Both the position numbers and the translations under genes were made by a program. Below, in pieces: positions 1 to 15,055 of a DNA stretch of 64,000 nt. The stretch is from positions 310,001-374,000 of the forward strand of contig OZ059894.1 of the NCBI GenBank assembly GCA_964057225.1. Reading direction: 5' to 3'. This stretch comes from Auanema rhodensis. Taxonomy: Eukaryota > Animalia > Nematoda. The notes under the pieces were generated by a model. The model ran no database searches. It saw only the letters and a list, made by a program, of their open reading frames with translations, and was not told the DNA's origin. Each line of letters begins with the position of its first letter. Position 1 is the stretch's first letter.

Positions 1-2816
1 AGACTAATATGGACATGGGGAATCTAATTTTAAAAACCGCATCTCTTTATCTTTCACGTGAAGCGAGTTACATACCAAGTGCACATCACGTGTACATTTA
101 ATAAGCATAAATTAAAGTTCACGTAAATTTCAAAGTCATGGTTACCATGCACCAATATCAATAAAAATTTGATTTTAGACTAATATGGACATGGGGAATC
201 TAATTTTGAAAACCGCATCTCTTTATCTTTCACGTGAAGCGAGTTACATACCAAGTGCACATCACGTGTACATTTAATTAGCATAAATTAAAGTTCACGT
301 AAATTTCAAAGTCATGGTTACCATGAACCAATATCAATAAAAATTTGTTTTTAGACTAATATGGACATGGGGAATCAAATTTTGAAAACCGCATCTCTTT
401 ATCTTTCACGTGAAGCGAGTTACATACCAAGTGCACATCACGTGTACATTTAATTAGCATAAATTAAAGTTCACGTAAATTTCAAAGTCATGGTTACCAT
501 GAACCAATATCAATAAAAATTTGTTTTTAGACTAAAATGGACATGGGGAATCTAATTTTGAAAACCGCATCTCTTTATCTTTCACGTGAAGCGAGTTACA
601 TACCAAGTGCACATCACGTGTACATTTAATTAGCATAAATTAAAATTCACGTAAATTTCAAAGTCATGGTTACCATGCACCAATATCAATAAAAATTTGT
701 TTTTAGACTAATATGAACATGGGGAATCTAATTCTGAAAACCGCATCTCTTTATCTTTCACGTGAAGCGAGTTACATACCAAGTGCACATCACGTGTACA
801 TTTAATTAGCATAAATTAAAGTTCACGTAAATTTCAAAGTCATGGTTACCATGAACCAATATCAATAAAAGTTTGTTTTTAGACTAATATGGACATGGGG
901 AATCAAATTTTGAAAACCGCATCTCTTTATCTTTCACGTAAAGCGAGTTACATACCAAGTGCACATCACGTGTACATTTAATTAGCATAAATTAAAGTTC
1001 ACGTAAATTTCAAAGTCATGGTTACCATGAACCAATATCAATAAAAATTTGTTTTTAGACTAATATGGACATGGGGAATCTAATTTTGAAAACCGCATCT
1101 CTTTATCTTTCACGTGAAGCGAGTTACATACCAAGTGCACATCACGTGTACATTTAATTAGCATAAATTAAAGTTCACGTAAATTTCAAAGTCATGGTTA
1201 CCATGCACCAATATCAATAAAAATTTGTTTTTAGACTAATATGGACATGGGGAATCCAATTTTGAAAACCGCATCTCTTTATCTTTCACGTGAAGCGAGT
1301 TACATACCAAGTGCACATCACGTGTACATTTAATTAGCATAAATTAAAGTTCACGTAAATTTCAAAGTCATGGTTACCATGAACCAATATCAATAAAAAT
1401 TTGTTTTTAGACTAATATGGACATGGGGAATCTAATTTTGAAAACCGCATCTCTTTATCTTTCACGTGAACCGAGTTACATACCAAGTGCAGATCACGTG
1501 TACATTTAATTAGCATAAATTAAAGTTCACGTAAATTTCAAAGTCATGGTTACCATGAACCAATATCAATAAAAATTTGTTTTTAGACTAATATGGACAT
1601 GGGAAATCTAATTTTGAAAACCGCATCTCTTTATCTTTCACGTGAAGCGAGTTACATACCAAGTGCACATCACGTGTACATTTAATTAGCATAAATTAAA
1701 GTTCACGTAAATTTCAAAGTCATGGTTACCATGAACCAATATCAATAAAAATTTGTTTTTAGACTAATATGGACATGGGGAATCTAATTTTAAAAACCGC
1801 ATCTCTTTATCTTTCACGTGAAGCGAGTTACATACCAAGTGCACATCACGTGTACATTTAATAAGCATAAATTAAAGTTCACGTAAATTTCAAAGTCATG
1901 GTTACCATGAACCAATATCAATAAAAATTTGTTTTTAGACTAATATGGACATGGGGAATCCAATTTTGAAAACCGCATCTCTTTATCTTTCACGTGAAGC
2001 GAGTTACATACCAAGTGCACATCACGTGTACATTTAATTAGCATAAATTAAAGTTCACGTAAATTTCAAAGTCATGGTTACCATGAACCAATATCAATAA
2101 AAATTTGTTTTTAGACTAATATGGACATGGGGAATCAAATTTTGAAAACCGCATCTCTTTATCTTTCACGTGAAGCGAGTTACATACCAAGTGCACATCA
2201 CGTGTACATTTAATTAGCATAAATTAAAGTTCACGTAAATTTCAAAGTCATGGTTACCATGAACCAATATCAATAAAAATTTGTTTTTAGACTAAAATGG
2301 ACATGGGGAATCTAATTTTGAAAACCGCATCTCTTTATCTTTCACGTGAAGCGAGTTACATACCAAGTGCACATCACGTGTACATTTAATTAGCATAAAT
2401 TAAAGTTCACGTAAATTTCAAAGTCATGGTTACCATGCACCAATATCAATAAAAATTTGTTTTTAGACTAATATGAACATGGGGAATCTAATTCTGAAAA
2501 CCGCATCTCTTTATCTTTCACGTGAAGCGAGTTACATACCAAGTGCACATCACGTGTACATTTAATTAGCATAAATTAAAGTTCACGTAAATTTCAAAGT
2601 CATGGTTACCATGAACCAATATCAATAAAAATTTGTTTTTAGACTAATATGGACATGGGGAATCTAATTTTAAAAACCGCATCTCTTTATCTTTCACGTG
2701 AAGCGAGTTACATACCAAGTGCACATCACGTGTACATTTAATTAGCATAAATTAAAGTTCACGTAAATTTCAAAGTCATGGTTACCATGAACCAATATCA
2801 ATAAAAATTTGTTTTT

Positions 2817-5800
2817 AGACTAATATGGACATGGGGAATCTAATTTTAAAAACCGCATCTCTTTATCTTTCACGTGAAGCGAGTTACATACCAAGTGCAC
2901 ATCACGTGTACATTTAATAAGCATAAATTAAAGTTCACGTAAATTTCAAAGTCATGGTTACCATGCACCAATATCAATAAAAATTTGATTTTAGACTAAT
3001 ATGGACATGGGGAATCTAATTTTGAAAACCGCATCTCTTTATCTTTCACGTGAAGCGAGTTACATACCAAGTGCACATCACGTGTACATTTAATTAGCAT
3101 AAATTAAAGTTCACGTAAATTTCAAAGTCATGGTTACCATGAACCAATATCAATAAAAATTTGTTTTTAGACTAATATGGACATGGGGAATCAAATTTTG
3201 AAAACCGCATCTCTTTATCTTTCACGTGAAGCGAGTTACATACCAAGTGCACATCACGTGTACATTTAATTAGCATAAATTAAAGTTCACGTAAATTTCA
3301 AAGTCATGGTTACCATGAACCAATATCAATAAAAATTTGTTTTTAGACTAAAATGGACATGGGGAATCTAATTTTGAAAACCGCATCTCTTTATCTTTCA
3401 CGTGAAGCGAGTTACATACCAAGTGCACATCACGTGTACATTTAATTAGCATAAATTAAAGTTCACGTAAATTTCAAAGTCATGGTTACCATGCACCAAT
3501 ATCAATAAAAATTTGTTTTTAGACTAATATGAACATGGGGAATCTAATTCTGAAAACCGCATCTCTTTATCTTTCACGTGAAGCGAGTTACATACCAAGT
3601 GCACATCACGTGTACATTTAATTAGCATAAATTAAAGTTCACGTAAATTTCAAAGTCATGGTTACCATGAACCAATATCAATAAAAGTTTGTTTTTAGAC
3701 TAATATGGACATGGGGAATCAAATTTTGAAAACCGCATCTCTTTATCTTTCACGTAAAGCGAGTTACATACCAAGTGCACATCACGTGTACATTTAATTA
3801 GCATAAATTAAAGTTCACGTAAATTTCAAAGTCATGGTTACCATGAACCAATACCAATAAAAATTTGTTTTTAGACTAATATGGACATGGGGAATCTAAT
3901 TTTGAAAACCGCATCTCTTTATCTTTCACGTGAAGCGAGTTACATACCAAGTGCACATCACGTGTACATTTAATTAGCATAAATTAAAGTTCACGTAAAT
4001 TTCAAAGTCATGGTTACCATGCACCAATATCAATAAAAATTTGTTTTTAGACTAATATGAACATGGGGAATCTAATTCTGAAAACCGCATCTCTTTATCT
4101 TTCACGTGAAGCGAGTTACATACCAAGTGCACATCACGTGTACATTTAATTAGCATAAATTAAAGTTCACGTAAATTTCAAAGTCATGGTTACCATGAAC
4201 CAATATCAATAAAAATTTGTTTTTAGACTAATATGGACATGGGGAATCGAATTTTGAAAACCGCATCTCTTTATCTTTCACGTGAAGCGAGTTACATACC
4301 AAGTGCACATCACGTGTACATTTAATTAGCATAAATTAAAGTTCACGTAAATTTCAAAGTCATGGTTACCATGAACCAATATCAATAAAAATTTGTTTTT
4401 AGACTAATATGGACATGGGGAATCTAATTTTGAAAACCGCATCTCTTTATCTTTCACGTGAAGCGAGTTACATACCAAGTGCACATCACGTGTACATTTA
4501 ATTAGCATAAATTAAAGTTCACGTAAATTTCAAAGTCATGGTTACCATGCACCAATATCAATAAAAATTTGTTTTTAGACTAATATGAACATGGGGAATC
4601 TAATTCTGAAAACCGCATCTCTTTATCTTTCACGTGAAGCGAGTTACATACCAAGTGCACATCACGTGTACATTTAATTAGCATAAATTAAAGTTCACGT
4701 AAATTTCAAAGTCATGGTTACCATGAACCAATATCAATAAAAGTTTGTTTTTAGACTAATATGGACATGGGGAATCAAATTTTGAAAACCGCATCTCTTT
4801 ATCTTTCACGTAAAGCGAGTTACATACCAAGTGCACATCACGTGTACATTTAATTAGCATAAATTAAAGTTCACGTAAATTTCAAAGTCATGGTTACCAT
4901 GAACCAATATCAATAAAAATTTGTTTTTAGACTAATATGGACATGGGGAATCTAATTTTGAAAACCGCATCTCTTTATCTTTCACGTGAAGCGAGTTACA
5001 TACCAAGTGCACATCACGTGTACATTTAATTAGCATAAATTAAAGTTCACGTAAATTTCAAAGTCATGGTTACCATGCACCAATATCAATAAAAATTTGT
5101 TTTTAGACTAATATGGACATGGGGAATCCAATTTTGAAAACCGCATCTCTTTATCTTTCACGTGAAGCGAGTTACATACCAAGTGCACATCACGTGTACA
5201 TTTAATTAGCATAAATTAAAGTTCACGTAAATTTCAAAGTCATGGTTACCATGAACCAATATCAATAAAAATTTGTTTTTAGACTAATATGGACATGGGG
5301 AATCTAATTTTAAAAACCGCATCTCTTTATCTTTCACGTGAAGCGAGTTACATACCAAGTGCACATCACGTGTACATTTAATAAGCATAAATTAAAGTTC
5401 ACGTAAATTTCAAAGTCATGGTTACCATGCACCAATATCAATAAAAATTTGATTTTAGACTAATATGGACATGCGGAATCTAATTTTGAAAACCGCATCT
5501 CTTTATCTTTCACGTGAAGCGAGTTACATACCAAGTGCACATCACGTGTACATTTAATTAGCATAAATTAAAGTTCACGTAAATTTCAAAGTCATGGTTA
5601 CCATGAACCAATATCAATAAAAATTTGTTTTTAGACTAATATGGACATGGGGAATCAAATTTTGAAAACCGCATCTCTTTATCTTTCACGTGAAGCGAGT
5701 TACATACCAAGTGCACATCACGTGTACATTTAATTAGCATAAATTAAAGTTCACGTAAATTTCAAAGTCATGGTTACCATGAACCAATATCAATAAAAAT

Positions 5801-8800
5801 TTGTTTTTAGACTAAAATGGACATGGGGAATCTAATTTTGAAAACCGCATCTCTTTATCTTTCACGTGAAGCGAGTTACATACCAAGTGCACATCACGTG
5901 TACATTTAATTAGCATAAATTAAAGTTCACGTAAATTTCAAAGTCATGGTTACCATGCACCAATATCAATAAAAATTTGTTTTTAGACTAATATGAACAT
6001 GGGGAATCTAATTCTGAAAACCGCATCTCTTTATCTTTCACGTGAAGCGAGTTACATACCAAGTGCACATCACGTGTACATTTAATTAGCATAAATTAAA
6101 GTTCACGTAAATTTCAAAGTCATGGTTACCATGAACCAATATCAATAAAAGTTTGTTTTTAGACTAATATGGACATGGGGAATCAAATTTTGAAAACCGC
6201 ATCTCTTTATCTTTCACGTAAAGCGAGTTACATACCAAGTGCACATCACGTGTACATTTAATTAGCATAAATTAAAGTTCACGTAAATTTCAAAGTCATG
6301 GTTACCATGAACCAATACCAATAAAAATTTGTTTTTAGACTAATATGGACATGGGGAATCTAATTTTGAAAACCGCATCTCTTTATCTTTCACGTGAAGC
6401 GAGTTACATACCAAGTGCACATCACGTGTACATTTAATTAGCATAAATTAAAGTTCACGTAAATTTCAAAGTCATGGTTACCATGCACCAATATCAATAA
6501 AAATTTGTTTTTAGACTAATATGAACATGGGGAATCTAATTCTGAAAACCGCATCTCTTTATCTTTCACGTGAAGCGAGTTACATACCAAGTGCACATCA
6601 CGTGTACATTTAATTAGCATAAATTAAAGTTCACGTAAATTTCAAAGTCATGGTTACCATGAACCAATATCAATAAAAATTTGTTTTTAGACTAATATGG
6701 ACATGGGGAATCGAATTTTGAAAACCGCATCTCTTTATCTTTCACGTGAAGCGAGTTACATACCAAGTGCACATCACGTGTACATTTAATTAGCATAAAT
6801 TAAAGTTCACGTAAATTTCAAAGTCATGGTTACCATGAACCAATATCAATAAAAATTTGTTTTTAGACTAATATGGACATGGGGAATCTAATTTTGAAAA
6901 CCGCATCTCTTTATCTTTCACGTGAAGCGAGTTACATACCAAGTGCACATCACGTGTACATTTAATTAGCATAAATTAAAGTTCACGTAAATTTCAAAGT
7001 CATGGTTACCATGCACCAATATCAATAAAAATTTGTTTTTAGACTAATATGAACATGGGGAATCTAATTCTGAAAACCGCATCTCTTTATCTTTCACGTG
7101 AAGCGAGTTACATACCAAGTGCACATCACGTGTACATTTAATTAGCATAAATTAAAGTTCACGTAAATTTCAAAGTCATGGTTACCATGAACCAATATCA
7201 ATAAAAGTTTGTTTTTAGACTAATATGGACATGGGGAATCAAATTTTGAAAACCGCATCTCTTTATCTTTCACGTAAAGCGAGTTACATACCAAGTGCAC
7301 ATCACGTGTACATTTAATTAGCATAAATTAAAGTTCACGTAAATTTCAAAGTCATGGTTACCATGAACCAATATCAATAAAAATTTGTTTTTAGACTAAT
7401 ATGGACATGGGGAATCTAATTTTGAAAACCGCATCTCTTTATCTTTCACGTGAAGCGAGTTACATACCAAGTGCACATCACGTGTACATTTAATTAGCAT
7501 AAATTAAAGTTCACGTAAATTTCAAAGTCATGGTTACCATGCACCAATATCAATAAAAATTTGTTTTTAGACTAATATGGACATGGGGAATCCAATTTTG
7601 AAAACCGCATCTCTTTATCTTTCACGTGAAGCGAGTTACATACCAAGTGCACATCACGTGTACATTTAATTAGCATAAATTAAAGTTCACGTAAATTTCA
7701 AAGTCATGGTTACCATGAACCAATATCAATAAAAATTTGTTTTTAGACTAATATGGACATGGGGAATCTAATTTTAAAAACCGCATCTCTTTATCTTTCA
7801 CGTGAAGCGAGTTACATACCAAGTGCACATCACGTGTACATTTAATAAGCATAAATTAAAGTTCACGTAAATTTCAAAGTCATGGTTACCATGCACCAAT
7901 ATCAATAAAAATTTGATTTTAGACTAATATGGACATGGGGAATCTAATTTTGAAAACCGCATCTCTTTATCTTTCACGTGAAGCGAGTTACATACCAAGT
8001 GCACATCACGTGTACATTTAATTAGCATAAATTAAAGTTCACGTAAATTTCAAAGTCATGGTTACCATGAACCAATATCAATAAAAATTTGTTTTTAGAC
8101 TAATATGGACATGGGGAATCAAATTTTGAAAACCGCATCTCTTTATCTTTCACGTGAAGCGAGTTACATACCAAGTGCACATCACGTGTACATTTAATTA
8201 GCATAAATTAAAGTTCACGTAAATTTCAAAGTCATGGTTACCATGAACCAATATCAATAAAAATTTGTTTTTAGACTAAAATGGACATGGGGAATCTAAT
8301 TTTGAAAACCGCATCTCTTTATCTTTCACGTGAAGCGAGTTACATACCAAGTGCACATCACGTGTACATTTAATTAGCATAAATTAAAGTTCACGTAAAT
8401 TTCAAAGTCATGGTTACCATGCACCAATATCAATAAAAATTTGTTTTTAGACTAATATGAACATGGGGAATCTAATTCTGAAAACCGCATCTCTTTATCT
8501 TTCACGTGAAGCGAGTTACATACCAAGTGCACATCACGTGTACATTTAATTAGCATAAATTAAAGTTCACGTAAATTTCAAAGTCATGGTTACCATGAAC
8601 CAATATCAATAAAAGTTTGTTTTTAGACTAATATGGACATGGGGAATCAAATTTTGAAAACCGCATCTCTTTATCTTTCACGTAAAGCGAGTTACATACC
8701 AAGTGCACATCACGTGTACATTTAATTAGCATAAATTAAAGTTCACGTAAATTTCAAAGTCATGGTTACCATGAACCAATACCAATAAAAATTTGTTTTT

Positions 8801-9100
8801 AGACTAATATGGACATGGGGAATCTAATTTTGAAAACCGCATCTCTTTATCTTTCACGTGAAGCGAGTTACATACCAAGTGCACATCACGTGTACATTTA
8901 ATTAGCATAAATTAAAGTTCACGTAAATTTCAAAGTCATGGTTACCATGCACCAATATCAATAAAAATTTGTTTTTAGACTAATATGAACATGGGGAATC
9001 TAATTCTGAAAACCGCATCTCTTTATCTTTCACGTGAAGCGAGTTACATACCAAGTGCACATCACGTGTACATTTAATTAGCATAAATTAAAGTTCACGT
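2817..9100. repeat. 14-monomer higher-order repeat (2,464 bp), ~2.5 copies
   Basis: Marker monomer with TTTTAAAAA, AATAAGC and TTTGATTTT at 2817, 5281, 7745. GAATCGA at ~4244 and ~6708. AATACCAAT at ~3850, ~6314, ~8778. End coordinate approximate. Confidence 0.85.
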
Positions 9101-12100
9101 AAATTTCAAAGTCATGGTTACCATGAACCAATATCAATAAAAGTTTGTTTTTAGACTAATATGGACATGGGGAATCAAATTTTGAAAACCGCATCTCTTT
9201 ATCTTTCACGTAAAGCGAGTTACATACCAAGTGCACATCACGTGTACATTTAATTAGCATAAATTAAAGTTCACGTAAATTTCAAAGTCATGGTTACCAT
9301 GAACCAATATCAATGAAAATTTGTTTTTAGACTAATATGGACATGGAGAATCAAATTTTGAAAACCGCATCTCTTTATCTTTCACGTGAAGCGAGTTACA
9401 TACCAAGTGCACATCACGTGTACATTTAATTAGCATAAATTAAAGTTCACGTAAATTTCAAAGTCATGGTTACCATGAACCAATATCAATAAAAGTTTGT
9501 TTTTAGACTAATATGGACATGGGGAATCAAATTTTGAAAACCGCATCTCTTTATCTTTCACGTGAAGCGAGTTACATACCAAGTGCACATCACGTGTACA
9601 TTTAATTAGCATAAATTAAAGTTCACGTAAATTTCAAAGTCATGGTTACCATGCACCAATATCAATAAAAATTTGTTTTAGACTAATATGGACATGGGGA
9701 ATCTAATTTTGAAAACCGCATCTCTTTATCTTTCACGTGAAGCGAGTTACATACCAAGTGCACATCACGTGTACATTTAATTAGCATAAATTAAAGTTCA
9801 CGTAAATTTCAAAGTCATGGTTACCATGAACCAATATCAATAAAAATTTGTTTTTAGACTAATATGGACATGGGGAATCTAATTTTGGAAACCGCATCTC
9901 TTTATCTTTCACGTGAAGCGAGTTACATACCAAGTGCACATCACGTGTACATTTAATTAGCATAAATTAAAGTTCACGTAAATTTCAAAGTCATGGTTAC
10001 CATGAACCAATATCAATAAAAGTTTGTTTTTAGACTAATATGGACATGGGGAATCAAATTTTGAAAACCGCATCTCTTTATCTTTCACGTAAAGCGAGTT
10101 ACATACCAAGTGCACATCACGTGTACATTTAATTAGCATAAATTAAAGTTCACGTAAATTTCAAAGTCATGGTTACCATGAACCAATATCAATGAAAATT
10201 TGTTTTTAGACTAATATGGACATGGAGAATCAAATTTTGAAAACCGCATCTCTTTATCTTTCACGTGAAGCGAGTTACATACCAAGTGCACATCACGTGT
10301 ACATTTAATTAGCATAAATTAAAGTTCACGTAAATTTCAAAGTCATGGTTACCATGAACCAATATCAATAAAAGTTTGTTTTTAGACTAATATGGACATG
10401 GGGAATCAAATTTTGAAAACCGCATCTCTTTATCTTTCACGTGAAGCGAGTTACATACCAAGTGCACATCACGTGTACATTTAATTAGCATAAATTAAAG
10501 TTCACGTAAATTTCAAAGTCATGGTTACCATGCACCAATATCAATAAAAATTTGTTTTTAGACTAATATGGACATGGGGAATCTAATTTTGAAAACCGCA
10601 TCTCTTTATCTTTCACGTGAAGCGAGTTACATACCAAGTGCACATCACGTGTACATTTAATTAGCATAAATTAAAGTTCACGTAAATTTCAAAGTCATGG
10701 TTACCATGAACCAATATCAATAAAAATTTGTTTTTAGACTAATATGGACATGGGGAATCTAATTTTGGAAACCGCATCTCTTTATCTTTCACGTGAAGCG
10801 AGTTACATACCAAGTGCACATCACGTGTACATTTAATTAGCATAAATTAAAGTTCACGTAAATTTCAAAGTCATGGTTACCATGCACCAATATCAATAAA
10901 AATTTGTTTTTAGACTAATATGGACATGGGGAATCTAATTTTGAAAACCGCATCTCTTTATCTTTCACGTGAAGCGAGTTACATACCAAGTGCACATCAC
11001 GTGTACATTTAATTAGCATAAATTAAAGTTCACGTAAATTTCAAAGTCATGGTTACCATGAACCAATATCAATGAAAATTTGTTTTTAGACTAATATGGA
11101 CATGGGGAATCAAATTTTGAAAACCGCACCTCTTTATCTTTCACGTGAAGCGAGTTACATACCAAGTGCACATCACGTGTACATTTAATTAGCATAAATT
11201 AAAGTTCACGTAAATTTCAAAGTCATGGTTACCATGCACCAATATCAATAAAAATTTGTTTTTAGACTAATATGGACATGGGGAATCTAATTTTGAAAAC
11301 CGCATCTCTTTATCTTTCACGTGAAGCGAGTTACATACCAAGTGCACATCACGTGTACATTTAATTAGCATAAATTAAAGTTCACGTAAATTTCAAAGTC
11401 ATGGTTACCATGAACCAATATCAATAAAAATTTGTTTTTAGACTAATATGGACATGGGGAATCTAATTTTGAAAACCGCATCTCTTTATCTTTCACGTGA
11501 AGCGAGTTACATACCAAGTGCACATCACGTGTACATTTAATTAGCATAAATTAAAGTTCACGTAAATTTCAAAGTCATGGTTACCATGCACCAATATCAA
11601 TAAAAAATTGTTTTTAGACTAATATGGACATGGGGAATCTAATTTTGAAAACCGCATCTCTTTATCTTTCACGTGAAGCGAGTCACATACCAAGTGCACA
11701 TTACGTGTACATTTAATTAGCATAAATTAAAGTTCACGTAAATTTCAAAGTCATGGTTACCATGCACCAATATCAATAAAAATTTGTTTTTAGACTAATA
11801 TGGACATGGGGAATCTAATTTTGAAAACCGCATCTCTTTATCTTTCACGTGAAGCGAGTTACATACCAAGTGCACATCACGTGTACATTTAATTAGCATA
11901 AATTAAAGTTCACGTAAATTTCAAAGTCATGGTTACCATGCACCAATATCAATAAAAAATTGTTTTTAGACTAATATGGACATGGGGAATCTAATTTTGA
12001 AAACCGCATCTCTTTATCTTTCACGTGAAGCGAGTCACATACCAAGTGCACATTACGTGTACATTTAATTAGCATAAATTAAAGTTCACGTAAATTTCAA

Positions 12101-13199
12101 AGTCATGGTTACCATGCACCAATATCAATAAAAATTTGTTTTTAGACTAATATGGACATGGAGAATCTAATTTTGAAAACCGCATCTCTTTATCTTTCAC
12201 GTGAAGCGAGTTACATACCAAGTGCACATCACGTGTACATTTAATTAGCATAAATTAAAGTTCACGTAAATTTCAAAGTCATGGTTACCATGCACCAATA
12301 TCAATAAAAATTTGTTTTTAGACTAATATGGACATGGGGAATCTAATTTTGAAAACCGCATCTCTTTATCTTTCACGTGAAGCGAGTTACATACCAAGTG
12401 CACATCACGTGTACATTTAATTAGCATAAATTAAAGTTCACGTAAATTTCAAAGTCATGGTTACCATGCACCAATATCAATAAAAATTTGTTTTTAGACT
12501 AATATGGACATGGGGAATATAATTTTGAAAACCGCATCTCTTTATCTTTCACGTGAAGCGAGTTACATACCAAGTGCACATCACGTGTACATTTAATTAG
12601 CATAAATTAAAGTTCACGTAAATTTCAAAGTCATGGTTACCATGAACCAATATCAATAAAAATTTGTTTTTAGACTAATATGGACATGGGGAATCAAATT
12701 TTGAAAACCGCATCTCTTTATCTTTCACGTGAAGCGAGTTACATACCAAGTGCACATCACGTGTACATTTAATTAGCATAAATTAAAGTTCACGTAAATT
12801 TCAAAGTCATGGTTACCATGAACCAATATTAATAAAAATTTGTTTTTAGACTAATATGGACATGGGGAATCTAATTTTGAAATTCGCATCACTTTATCTT
12901 TCACGTGAAGCGAGTTACATACCAAGTGCACATCACGTGTACATTTAATTAGCATAAATTAAAGTTCACGTAAATTTCAAAGTCATGGTTACCATGCACC
13001 AATATCAATAAAAATTTGTTTTTAGACTAATATGGACATGGGGAATCTAATTTTGAAAACCGCATCTCTTTATCTTTCACGTGAATCGAGTTACATACCA
13101 AGTGCACATCACGTGTACATTTAATTAGCATAAATTAAAGTTCACGTAAATTTCAAAGTCATGGTTACCATGAACCAATATCAATAAAAATTTGTTTTT

Positions 13200-13335
13200 A
13201 GACTAATATGGACATGGGGAATCTAATTTTGAAAACCGCATCTCTTCATCTTTCACGTGAAGCGAGTTACATACCAAGTGCACATCACGTGTACATTTAA
13301 TTAGCATAAATTAAAGTTCACGTAAATTTGTTTTT
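13200..13335. repeat. Truncated 136-bp satellite monomer (40-bp deletion), copy 1
   Basis: CGTAAATTT is joined directly to GTTTTTAGACT; monomer positions 131-170 are missing. Confidence 0.95.
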
Positions 13336-14919
13336 AGACTAATATGGACATGGGGAATCTAATTTTGAAAACCGCATCTCTTTATCTTTCACGTGAAGCG
13401 AGTTACATACCAAGTGCACATCACGTGTACATTTAATTAGCATAAATTAAAGTTCACGTAAATTTCAAAGTCATGGTTACCATGCACCAATATCAATAAA
13501 AATTTGTTTTTAGACTAATATGGACATGGGGAATCTAATTTTGAAAACCGCATCTCTTTATCTTTCACGTGAAGCGAGTTACATACCAAGTGCACATCAC
13601 GTGTACATTTAATTAGCATAAATCAAAGTTCACGTAAATTTCAAAGTCATGGTTACCATGCACCAATATCAATAAAAATTTGTTTTTAGACTAATATGGA
13701 CATGGGGAATCTAATTTTGAAAACCGCATCTCTTTATCTTTCACGTGAAGCGAGTTACATACCAAGTGCACATCACGTGTACATTTAATTAGCATAAATT
13801 AAAGTTCACGTAAATTTCAAAGTCATGGTTACCATGAACCAATATCAATAAAAATTTGTTTTTAGACTAATATGTACATGGAGAATCTAATTTTGAAAAC
13901 CGCATCTCTTTATCTTTCACGTGAAGCGAGTTACATACCAAGTGCACATCACGTGTACATTTAATTAGCATAAATTAAAGTTCACGTAAATTTCAAAGTC
14001 ATGGTTACCATGCACCAATATCAATAAAAATTTGTTTTTAGACTAATATGGACATGGGGAATCTAATTTTGAAAACCGCATCTCTTTATCTTTCACGTGA
14101 AGCGAGTTACATACCAAGTGCACATCACGTGTACATTTAATTAGCATAAATTAAAGTTCACGTAAATTTCAAAGTCATGGTTACCATGCACCAATATCAA
14201 TAAAAATTTGTTTTTAGACTAATATGGACATGGGGAATATAATTTTGAAAACCGCATCTCTTTATCTTTCACGTGAAGCGAGTTACATACCAAGTGCACA
14301 TCACGTGTACATTTAATTAGCATAAATTAAAGTTCACGTAAATTTCAAAGTCATGGTTACCATGAACCAATATCAATAAAAATTTGTTTTTAGACTAATA
14401 TGGACATGGGGAATCAAATTTTGAAAACCGCATCTCTTTATCTTTCACGTGAAGCGAGTTACATACCAAGTGCACATCACGTGTACATTTAATTAGCATA
14501 AATTAAAGTTCACGTAAATTTCAAAGTCATGGTTACCATGAACCAATATTAATAAAAATTTGTTTTTAGACTAATATGGACATGGGGAATCTAATTTTGA
14601 AATTCGCATCACTTTATCTTTCACGTGAAGCGAGTTACATACCAAGTGCACATCACGTGTACATTTAATTAGCATAAATTAAAGTTCACGTAAATTTCAA
14701 AGTCATGGTTACCATGCACCAATATCAATAAAAATTTGTTTTTAGACTAATATGGACATGGGGAATCTAATTTTGAAAACCGCATCTCTTTATCTTTCAC
14801 GTGAATCGAGTTACATACCAAGTGCACATCACGTGTACATTTAATTAGCATAAATTAAAGTTCACGTAAATTTCAAAGTCATGGTTACCATGAACCAATA
14901 TCAATAAAAATTTGTTTTT

Positions 14920-15055
14920 AGACTAATATGGACATGGGGAATCTAATTTTGAAAACCGCATCTCTTCATCTTTCACGTGAAGCGAGTTACATACCAAGTG
15001 CACATCACGTGTACATTTAATTAGCATAAATTAAAGTTCACGTAAATTTGTTTTT
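14920..15055. repeat. Truncated 136-bp satellite monomer (40-bp deletion), copy 2
   Basis: Same junction at 15041-15060 and the same TCTCTTCATC variant as copy 1. Confidence 0.95.

Noticed and set aside
1-176. Assignment to a known satellite (Arabidopsis CEN178, Brassica CentBr, alpha satellite) or to 5S/tRNA/SL RNA repeats
   Set aside because: Only the length is similar; I recognise no sequence similarity, CENP-B box, pol III boxes or spliced-leader sequence. A database search is needed.
9671-9684. 175-bp monomer from a 1-T deletion
   Set aside because: Lies in a homopolymer and is absent from the duplicate copy at ~10551-10564; may be a sequencing error.
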